DNA from: Atractiella rhizophila
Lineage: Eukaryota
Assembly (NCBI GenBank): GCA_021432655.1
Contig: MU271375.1
Coordinates: 1-64,000 of the forward strand
Length of the DNA: 64,000 nt
Reading direction: 5' to 3'
Below, one piece after another: positions 1 through 9,768 of the stretch. Position 1 is the first letter of the stretch; every line of letters begins with the position of its first letter. The position numbers were made by a program, and so were the translations under genes. The notes under the pieces are model-generated. The model saw nothing but the letters and a program-made list of their open reading frames with translations. It had not been told where the DNA came from and ran no database searches.

Positions 1-199
1 ATTGCGTTGGGATATTGATGCTTTATGTGTACGATCAATTAGGATTACATGCTCGAGAGGACTGTCTGGACTTATAATACGGACACCGGTACTCAGAACC
101 CCTGCTACTGAAACAAATGCAACGACAAACAGAGACGCCGTGAACTGCAAAAAGACGAAGTGAACCCATGTAACTTCGATGGTGATCAGGTGAGATGGT

Positions 200-1933
200 C
201 TACGGCCTCTCTGTTCCCTCTGGCATGGAAAAGCTGGTTCGAGCACTGGAATTGGAGTCGTGTACGGCCGGCAGAGTAGAAGAAACGGTAGAAGAGGAGG
301 AGGACAGTGGGAGTTCGTTTTCAGGCGGAGTGCCGAATGCAGAGGGAAAGGTGGTCATCAGATCCTGGAAATCTGCGTATCCTTCCGGCTCCTCGTAAAG
401 GTCTGTCGATACCTGATTTCGCCAGCGTTAGGATATTCTCAATCAAATTGAAAGAGTGCGCACAGAGCTGGGTGGTGATTGATCTACGTTTCCTGATAAG
501 AGACGCTCGAGTTCAAGCTCGAATTCGGAACTAGACGTGTTTCGAAAAGCTGCCAGAGAAGATGCTTGATGGCATCCGATGATCTTGCAGATTTCGATGA
601 GCCTACAAACTATGAGAATCATACTTCAAAGACAGCGGACGAGCGTACGACACAATACTACGTTGAATGCCTTCCTCTGGATCTGACTTTGGAGCGTGTT
701 TGGCAAATCTTGACATAGGGTCGACTTGCTCCCCAGTCGTGTTCATTGCGATCAAGAACTCGCCCCAGAACGCAGTCCATGGCCGTGCCTGTAAAATCTG
801 ATCAGTAAGAGAACAAATAAGGTGAATGATGCGGACTTGATCGCTGGCACGTATGAAACTTGCGAGAACTGGCCATTGAGTTTCGACCTCCATCTCGCAC
901 TGTCGATAAATGTCCCTGAGAGCATTTTGTCGTCGAAGGTCGTCATTCTCAATTGTCGCTGTTACAGACTCATTGATGTGGACGTCAAATCGGCGGAGGA
1001 ATTCTTGAAGGTGCAGGAAGAAGTCAAAGTACTGTTCCGAAGACATGACTTGATTCAAACGCGTCAAAACCGTAGGCTCTTTGGGTCTCCAATTCAGCAA
1101 AAAATCCTCAACAAGCAAGTGAAAGGAACTGACCGTCACCAGCCGGCCCAACAAAAGTAACTTGCGGTGAAATTCCTACTGGTTTGAAACAGTCTCGCCG
1201 CCATTGAGCTCTTCGCTGAATTATGGACCATAATCGCATGAGGACGTCCGTGCCTTGAGAAAAAGTAGCGATTTGAAGCGTCGCGGCTGTTCATTGCGAT
1301 CAAATGGAAGACTGGAGGGAAAAGGTGGACGACGAACACGCTATGGCTAGGCTACGTTTGACGCATTCCAGAGAAGCGCAGGTGATCCTCATCTGCTGTG
1401 TGAGAGTAATTGGAGTTGGCAGTTGATAGACGCTAAGCGGATCACGGTAAAGTGTTCCTGGGACCGACACGGTGGTGAAGTACTGGTCGATTTCTTGATC
1501 TGTGAGGAGAGGTAGCCGTCGGAGTCGTTGCGCTATGCAATTGTCAAATGCCTACAGAATCAATAAGCGAACGGATATCACGATTTCTTGACGCTCACCA
1601 GCAATGTAAAACCTAGCTCCCTAAGCCTCTCTTTTTCCAAGGCGTCCTGACAATCGTTCCATAAAACGCGAAAATACTGGACCGTGGTGACCAAGAAAGG
1701 GACGCATTCCTCTGTCATGGTATTCCATGTCTCTTGAATAAATGTTAATAGAATGTAAATGCTTTGACGAGTTGGTGTGGCGATGCAAGGATGATTTTGG
1801 AATTTTCGAATGGAACTAAGCATGAGCAACCGTGCGGCAGATTCACGCATGGGTTTGGAAGAATTGTCATGATTTTGATTTTGTGATGCTGTCAGTGAGG
1901 CGACAGAAGCGAAGGTCTGGATAAAACATCAGT
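200..1933 (-). CDS. Fungal Zn2Cys6 transcription factor, middle and C-terminal exons (5' part lies across the gap in the mirrored block)
   Basis: Spliced minus-strand exons (ORFs 1578-1850, 603-1154). TLL|AFDNCIAQRLRRLPLLTDQEID resembles the fungal TF middle homology region. Acidic/Ser-rich tail ends ...PEGTERP* at 200-202. Confidence 0.65.
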
Positions 1934-2105
1934 NNNNNNNNNNNNNNNNNNNNNNNNNNNNNNNNNNNNNNNNNNNNNNNNNNNNNNNNNNNNNNNNNNN
2001 NNNNNNNNNNNNNNNNNNNNNNNNNNNNNNNNNNNNNNNNNNNNNNNNNNNNNNNNNNNNNNNNNNNNNNNNNNNNNNNNNNNNNNNNNNNNNNNNNNNN
2101 NNNNN
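1934..2105. other. Assembly gap (N run)
   Basis: Run of n characters. Confidence 1.
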
Positions 2106-2595
2106 TACGTGGTAAAGCCTGCGGGGGAAGACTAACAAGCGAACTTCAGAAAGGAGAGGAAAAGCGAGTGAGCGGGGCAACTTAAGTTTGACAGCCTTAT
2201 AGCCTCTCTGAAGGAAACCTTATTTTGTCGCTACTGAGGGTAGTCGTCGAGGAGGTGATTTAGTGGTAAAGCCGCTATGTTGTGTGCCTTCTAGCAAGGG
2301 ATTAATCCTATAAAGTCAAAACGACACCCGGACACCAGTTTCGGATGATGCTGGCTACAGAAAGAGAGATCGCAAGGGCACGGGCGACGAAGCGGAAGGT
2401 TCATTAGGGGCCGTTCACTCTCGATCGCTCTACTAGCTCTATTAAGCTAGCTCCCAGCTTTCTAGATGGGATAGAGCGCATTTTGATTACGACCGTCCCG
2501 TTTCTTCTCCTTCCACCCTAACGAGCCCTAACCTCGTGAGGGCGTGTGTACGAATGGCCCGGGTACCCACGCTGCATGAGGTGCTTGGCATCGTA
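2106..2595. CDS. Putative small gene readable right-to-left without complementing; may end in native sequence 3987-4032
   Basis: Reverse reading gives ATG at 2595, a GTAAGC donor, a ctaattag acceptor and a 64-codon open exon GTIFRVLYRRNGDLVEELLMG...GRPKWC. That exon can join in frame to KEDDEDGGAKLHEE* (stop 4030-4032). Confidence 0.35.
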
Positions 2596-3326
2596 GTTTA
2601 TACAATAATAAAAGTTTTCCTGTTCGAAACATAATAACCTAAAGCCCTACTTCAGCTGTCTGTTCGAATGTCGATCGAATACCTGCACCTCTACGCACTT
2701 CCCTGTTATTATCGACCGAAAGCTCGGCCTGCTAATACTTTTGGGGAAGAGGAAACTTACACTCACGGTCCGACTTTAATACTGAACTCTACGTTGCCGC
2801 GGTCGTTGCCTGGAAAAAGTGATGGGGAGCATGAATTGCATAGGACGAGAGTGACGGGCCGCCGAGGCGCAAGCGCTACGTTGTTGAACCGTGAAATCAG
2901 AGGGGGTCGGCAGTTGCCGCTTTGAGAGCCCTCTTAAAAACAGACAGGGTCGTTGTCATACGTTAAACAAGCCTGCACAGTGTGAGTCAGAGCTTGGCTA
3001 AACCTACATACAACGACAAAATCGTCGCGCCTCTCTGAAACGTTTGAAGCCCTACGTCGCCCCGGGTAGCAAATATAACGTTCTAAATCCTTCGCCTAAC
3101 ATTTAGGACCGCGCATTTAGGACTCGTCGAACAAGTGGAACGAACAAGCGGCAGAAGTGCGAGACGCTTCTCCCAAGACCCCTGCCCGTCTTTCTGGAAG
3201 ACTATACATATATTACTGGACGGGTGAAACAAGGGGACTACAACTGTCGGCCTGTTGAAACTTGGGACTAGCGTGAGGAAGATAGGACTATAGAATGCAG
3301 TTAGCTCTAAGTCGGGTGTAGAGTCC

Positions 3327-3983
3327 TACTCGGGACGAGGGAGATGAAAGAAGTCGTAGACGCCGCTTTCCACGTTTTCCGCTGTTCGGGTTTTAGTGTT
3401 CTTTAGCTTTCATAGATCGAACGCTGCATTCGGGTGTGAAGGTTGAACGCTGAACTGTACCAGTTTTTGACTTCAGCTCGTATCCGTACAGCAAGCACCT
3501 CTTCTTTCACAGTTGCTTATTTACTAAGTCTCTAAACGCGTCCCACAAGTCTCTCCTTTTTAGTTCACTCGAGACAGGAATTTATGCGGCAGCGAGACTC
3601 TTTCTTGGAGCGAAAATATCCACGCTCTGCTGGATGTAGGCGTTTTGGCGCTTGCTGACTCTTTAGCAGAAGTTTTGCGCATCTGTGACGCGCCACTCAA
3701 AATATTTACACGAAGAGCAGGCAGGAATAGACAACTGAGAGGCAATTTCTAACAACAAACCGCTACCGCTGTGTAATACGGTCGATGGAGGAAACTTGCG
3801 CTGCAAAGGCCAGTGTAGAGCTAGGAGTGGACGAAATTAGGCGCGTGAAGGAGTCCTACAGGTTCCACCCGAAGAGCGACGTACGAAACTCAGGCGGAGT
3901 ACCTGTTCAGCATCGGCATAGCTACCCAGAAGATGTGGGGGTGGTGCAGAATACCATTGATGAAGACGTTGCGCTTTGCCGCT
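3327..3983. CDS. N-terminal Zn2Cys6 (GAL4-type) exons, readable only as the left-to-right complement
   Basis: The complement gives KPKITRNRKYLACD|ACRSWRRKCQRINDSEICAGCSERKIK|CETTYIRKPR, i.e. C-x2-C-x6-C-x8-C-x2-C-x6-C, after removing single extra bases in homopolymers at ~3557-3561 and ~3643-3646. Confidence 0.85.
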
Positions 3984-4136
3984 CGGGAAGGAGGATGACG
4001 AGGATGGCGGCGCCAAACTTCATGAAGAATGAAAAATGCAAAGGCAGGATTCACATTCATCTCAGTGTCCATTCTTACGAGTCAACTTGAACATCGGAAT
4101 AGGAGCGAATAACAATAGAGGAAGGAAAGGCAAACA

Positions 4137-5001
4137 TCAAGCTGGAGCAGTCACAGTTACCTGTCCTCCATTGTTATTTTTAGCTTTCAAAACCTCAATC
4201 TCCCTCTTGAGCTCCAAGATCTGCCTCTCCTTTCCCTCATCACCCAAATCATTAACAGCCATGCTAACTCCAGAAACTAGTTTGACGATGCGCCATAAAC
4301 GGAGGAGGATGAGGAGCGAGGTGATGGAGGAGAGTGAGGGAGGAAGGATGAGCTCGAGCACGAAGGTGGTGCTGTTGTCGGTGATCGCAAATACGATATG
4401 AATTAGAACAGGACTCGGTGAAGTGAGAGAGGGGCATGAAAGAGAGGATAGAGGAGAGATTTACAGAATGACTGTTGCGTCCAAGAAGTGGAGGAAGCCG
4501 TGTTCGACCCTCCAAGGGATGTAATGTGAAAATCCGAAGGCGTAGACAGTAAACAAGATTCTAGTTCCACAAATTTCAGTGCACACCATCAGGATAAGAG
4601 CAAGTAACTTGTCACTTACTCCAGCACAAATACAGCGGTGATACCCAAACTGATTCTTGATAGAATCTCAATCGGCAGTGGCTCCTTCATATCATGTCTT
4701 TCCGGAGTACCACCTCCATCAGGACAACGACAATGTTTTTCCAACGTGAGGAGGTCGTAAGCGATTTCAGAGATCACGCAGATTGCATCTATGACGGTCT
4801 ATATTCAACGTGAGTAAGAATTTACTCGCGACGAAACTGAGAAGTTCAACGAACCAGACTAATAATAAAACGATGCGTCCACGGCGACTCCAATCTTTCG
4901 CGTACTCTCAGCTTTCTTGGGCTGACTCCATCAGCTCCATGTTGAGTTTCTGCTGGTCTGATAAGAGGAGTTTCCTCATTTTGTTGTTCTTCGTCCTCCA
5001 T
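4137..5001 (-). CDS. HVCN1: Voltage-gated proton channel Hv1-like protein
   Basis: Spliced product MEDEEQQNEETPLI...HRFIISL|TVIDAICVISEI carries the S1 Asp, S4 LILLRLWRIVKLV (RxWRxxK) and a C-terminal coiled coil ILELKREIEVLK. Confidence 0.85.
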
Positions 5002-5153
5002 TCGATCGACGTGTTTGATCCCGCGTTGAGGGCATCACTAATTGGTAGAACCAGACTACATGATGGACAATAAGGATCCGCAGCTGTTCTTATTGCCCTT
5101 CAAAATCGCTGCCAATCGCGCCGATATCCAGCCAGCCAGTAATATCATCAACG

Positions 5154-5790
5154 ATGCAGCGTGCAGGAAAAGTTTCAGCACCTCCTCGGCCTATGACGCC
5201 CTGGGAGAAACCAGTTTTTGAATCTCTTCTGGATTCCAAGGGCAATTTGACTCCAAAAGTCTGTTCCTCTTCTCCCTCGCTTACCAACACTTGCTCACTT
5301 CTTTTCTCAGTTCGAAGTAGCGCTTCTATACATTTTTCTGCTATACAATGCCCTCCCAGACGCTTTTTCACGGACGGGACGCCGTCCGTCCATCCCTCCA
5401 GTTTCTTTTCCTCCTCCATCCTCATCGACGGATACCAAAAAGCTATCCAAACTTTCTCTCTCCTCTCCACAGCTCCAAACACTCTTACTAGACCTTTCTC
5501 CGCCGTCCCACCCTCTCTCTCCCGCTCCTCCACTCTCTCCAACTCCCGCTTCAGAACAAGGAGACCAAACTCCAGAAAATTCCATCACCTCCTTAACGGA
5601 CAGCTTTTCCACTAATGACAAGGGAGAATTGACGTGGGATGGCTTCAAAGAATGGTGGAGTGACTCCTGTCGGAATCAAGGAGAGGAGGAGGTATGGGAA
5701 GATCTGAAGTGTCTGGGTTTTGGAAACGATTTACAACTTGTTGGAAGCAGGAGAGAGGACGAAGACGAGAACGCGAATGAGACGAGGTGA
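5154..5790 (+). CDS. EF-hand-like domain protein (uncharacterised)
   Basis: Two exons: LLDSKGNLTPK|FEVALLYIF...STNDKGELTWDGFKEWW...EVWEDLKCLGFGNDLQL; stop 5788-5790. Confidence 0.55.
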
Positions 5791-6686
5791 GAGTTTTGAT
5801 GATGAATATGTGACATGGGAAGGAAGAGTTTGTTTAAATGTGTTTGTTCACACCACCATTTTGCACGTCGTTTGTTTCCGATCTTTGCATGTTTGAAGTT
5901 GATACCCCGATCTATCGATCAATATCATTTGCTACGTTTGTGCGGAGCGAAGTAGTTATTTCTTCGATTGAAGGAGAGCAAACAGGAAAGTGATGAGCAG
6001 ACACGCACCTTTCAAAGACAGTTCCTGCCATTCTCAGTCCTAAGCATGGCATGGAGATTCAAGGTTGCGAAGATTGAAAGGATGGATGTTAGAGCGCACA
6101 CATCTCTCCGTGGCGTGTGCAGTGTTAGGACCTACCGATATTTTCAATGAACGTAAATGAGTTTTAATTAATTAATTTGTTTTCCCGGTTACATGGAATC
6201 GTGGTGGAGGAGTCATTCCAATGAAGTTACTAATGAAGTTACTGTTTCTGTGCTCTGAAATCCTATAAACTAGCCAGCCCTTCATTAATTTTACCTGCGA
6301 TCGTATAAGCAATACACAGTCCACTTCAAAAGTGAAACGAGTCTTGCTCTACGGACAATGTTGAAATGTCAAGCCAAAGTAAGGACAAGAACTCAACTAA
6401 AAAGTTGATTATGAGAACAACACGGTACGCAAGTATCGAGGGAAACCGATGGTGTAAGTGGCTAAAGGAAAAATACTCAAAAACACAAATCCGACTAAAG
6501 GGAAATAGAGCAGCAACGCTGCCGTTGAAAAGAAAAAAAACCAAAGCAGCACAAGAAGCTTTCGAAGACGTGTGTATTCGTCAATATCGTTATAAAAAGA
6601 ATGAGGTCGTTCCAAGTTTTGTTTTCCTCATAAGTCGAATAGCAAGAGTAGAAGCGCAATGCTTCCATTGCTCCCTCTCATTGTCC

Positions 6687-9356
6687 TTAAACAGTGATGC
6701 CCACTGTTGACGGTTGGAGTTTCTCTCCCATCTCGCCAGTTTCTTCATCTCCAATCCTAATCTCTCCGCTCGTCACCCTTCTCCATCTCTTTCGCCTCTT
6801 CCCCGCCGCCTTGCCCATGCTTTCTGCAGGTTGAGGAAGAACAGAAGGCCTTAACTTCTCCCGCAACTTCTTTACGCTCTCAGCCGCCTTTCCGGTGAAA
6901 AGCCAGAGCTCTTCTTCACCCTGGTTGAAATCAACATCTGGCGAGTTCGGGTCCACATCTTCGACCTGAACTTGAACCCACTCATTAGGATCCTCAACTG
7001 GAAGGACGGATTCATGGCTTCCATTAGAATTGGATTGGCGAAAACTGAAGGGAATTCCAGAGAAGTGTCGACTTCGTCGTTTCACTTTCATGGTCGCATT
7101 CGTACCAGTTGAGGACCGCAGGTTTTCCGTTCCAGTCGATGACCTAAGATTCTCCGTCTCCTTCTCATCCAGTTCTCTTGGGGAGCGTTCAGGAGTCGGC
7201 GCTTCTACAAGCGTCGTGTCTCCTCCAGAAGTGTTCGCGAGAGTAGCTGCTGTAGCGTTAGAGTGAGAGGAATCGACGGAAGACCGTCCCCGCCTTGCCA
7301 TTCTTTGGATGAGCGTGAAGGCACCACGTCCCCTTTGCGAGCCGGCGCTCTGGCTCGAAGCGTTGCGGCCGTGTTGACGCGCAGCCTTCTCTTTCTCTAC
7401 GTCTTCTTCTCTCCTCTTGTTCACTGCAGCTTTCATAACAGCGCGAAGAATAGGATCGTCGATTGAATTCTGGGTTCGATGCCGACTTGTTTCGTCAAGC
7501 AGATTCCAAGATTGCGAGCGGCTGTGGCTGGGACGAGGCTCTTCTGTTCGTGGTGGGGTGTGCAGATTCACAGAGGATTGTGAACGTTTATGGAAAGCGC
7601 CAAAGACGTCCCTAAGGCTCGTTTTGCTCCTTAGCCAACTAGGTTTTCGCACAACCTCGATCTCTGGTTGAGTGTTGCCATGACCAGTTTCACTCTGTTG
7701 CTTCCTCTGCTCGGCCGCCTTCAAAGATGCGGGTCCCACGTCCTCATAGTCACTGCGAACCTTGCCCGGTAAAGGCGAGACGCTCCTCTTTTCCTGCGTA
7801 GCGAGTTTGAGGTAGTCCAAGATCGAAGTCCCGGTTCCCGTTCCAACTTTGATCGTCGCCTCATTGTGAGAGGAAGAGGAATTGGATAACCAGAACTCAT
7901 CTGATTGTCTCGCCTTTGCTTTTCCCTTCTCCGCCGCTGAGAAGCTTCGTTGAGGTTTCGCATTCGGGCTCTCAGTATTTGCGAAGCCTTTCCGTGGCGA
8001 GCTCCTAGGGGTCGGTCCATCTGCGGCCGCGTTCCCATTCGGAAGCTTAGCAGTAATACTCTGCTCCTGAAGTGTCTCGTCTCCCTCTGTTCCGACCTCT
8101 CCAACCTCTTCATCCGGAAATCGAACCTTCCTGACAAATTGATGGTCTGATGATAGCGATCCTTCATCATCAGTGAGAGCCTGAATGATGCCGCTGCTGA
8201 GATATTCTTCTCGCTCCGGATCATCAAAGTCATTGAGAAGGAACTGCGAACCCCTGCTCGACTTAGGTGTCGATCGACGCGGGGTTGAATAAATGCCGTG
8301 GAACGAGGATGGAGACATCGCAGGAGACGGCGGAGGGATGCCCTGCTCCGTGAAAACCAAGCGATGTGGAAGGACGACCGTTTTTTGTATGACCGTGCGA
8401 AGAGTCCGAAGCGTTCGAGGCGTGCCCATGCCTGCTGCTTTCTGCGTAAAAGACAGCGAGCTGCCCGCCCTTTGTCCTCGATACGGGTGTGCGGGGGCCC
8501 ATCGAGCTAGTTCCGTAGGAGAGAGACGTCTCGTTTGACATTCGCCTTCCAGGACCATTTGATCGCGTGTCTTCCGAATACTGAGAGAGCGGGCTCGTGG
8601 GACGATGTTCGTGGGAGGAGAGGGCACTGGTGGGACGAGAGTAGGGGGAATGGAGAGGGTAGAGTGGTGGGGCTGGTCGATTGATCGGTAAGTTCGGCTG
8701 CAGGCATGGTCAAGCAAGGTTCCAGATTTGTGAGATCAATATACCTTTGGAAGTATTCTCAAACCCACTTCTTCCTTTGCTTTACTCAATAACCAACTCC
8801 TTCTCTGTTTAAGTCTCAGATCTGTCAACTTCTTCAAGTACCTCTCGTAGTCCTCATCCATTGCTTGCTCCAACTCTTCATCATCCTCAAACTCATATTC
8901 CCAATTTGCCTTTCCCATCGTCTTCCCGCCATCTTTACCTCCCTCCTCAGCCGTATATGGAAGGTTCGCTGCTGAACCTCGGGACCAAACAGACAGCTTC
9001 CTCTTCCCCAGCTGTCTCTCCTCTCCTCCTGCTCCAGAACGAAGAGATATCCTCGAACTTGCAGCCGATATAACTCTTTGGCGTCGTGATTGCCTTGAGC
9101 TCGCCCTGGAAGCTGGACGAATGGCATCCCTGACCGGAATCTCCACCTCCTCTCCATGTTTCTGCGTTTCAGCTGGTCGCTGTCCCGCGTCCTCACTGTT
9201 CGCGTGCGCAAGTCGAGAAATAAGGATCACGTCTTCATTTTCGACAACTGAGACCCTTGCTGGAGCGAGGGTAGAAATGAAAGATTGTCGGGAGACGGGT
9301 CTGATGTTTGGCGTTGTCGGTGCAAAGGAAAAGGGAGAGACTGGGCGAGAGGACAT
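6687..9356 (-). CDS. Hypothetical Ser/Arg/Pro-rich, largely disordered protein
   Basis: ORFs 8736-9437 and 6687-8717 joined by a ~47 nt GT-AG intron; start MSSRPVSPF at 9356. Confidence 0.75.
7104..7157 (-). repeat. 27-bp coding tandem repeat (TENLRSSTG x2)
   Basis: acggagaatcttaggtcatcgactgga / acggaaaacctgcggtcctcaactggt. Confidence 0.9.
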
Positions 9357-9768
9357 TCCTCCCTTTTTCTTCAAACTCTTCAGAAAGAATAATGAGTCCC
9401 TAGGGGACGAAGGCTTCATAACGAACCCATCACACACCCCGTTACATCAAACCACACTAGAACAACAGAAAAGCTCACCAAGTTCGAAGAACTTCACCAA
9501 TCGGAGAAACCGGATGAAATGACCCCCAAATTTCGGGTAAAGAGTGACGAGAAGAGATAGAAGAAAAGCGTTGGGAGGCGTTTGAGGGCGAGAGGATGGA
9601 GGAAGCGCTGGAAATGTGCTGATTGCCAAACACGCGTCGTTGTTTTGTTTTGGAGTTTAGCTCCCGCACAGGGATCTAATCTTAGTCTCATTCGCCGTAG
9701 TGTTTATGTCACTACGATCTTAGTTGTCCCAGCGACGACAAAAGCAACAGTTTCTGTGTTCCCCAAAG

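Larger units (their letters stand above)
2106..3986. other. Mirror-written block (reversed but not complemented)
   Basis: No sensible genes in the six normal frames. The complement read left to right gives canonical introns (3427-3484, 3566-3620, 3694-3749) and a Zn2Cys6 motif. The right boundary is about 3983-3986. Confidence 0.9.

Noticed and set aside
2668..4090. Six-frame ORFs at 2668-2925, 3560-3745, 3785-4090 and 3890-4072
   Set aside because: They fall in the mirror-written block and are chance frames; the real coding signal is in the complement-only reading.
6366..6710. 114-aa Lys-rich ORF with an upstream TATAAA
   Set aside because: No recognisable domain, A-rich, and it overlaps the 3' end of the convergent gene; a coherent model could not be built.
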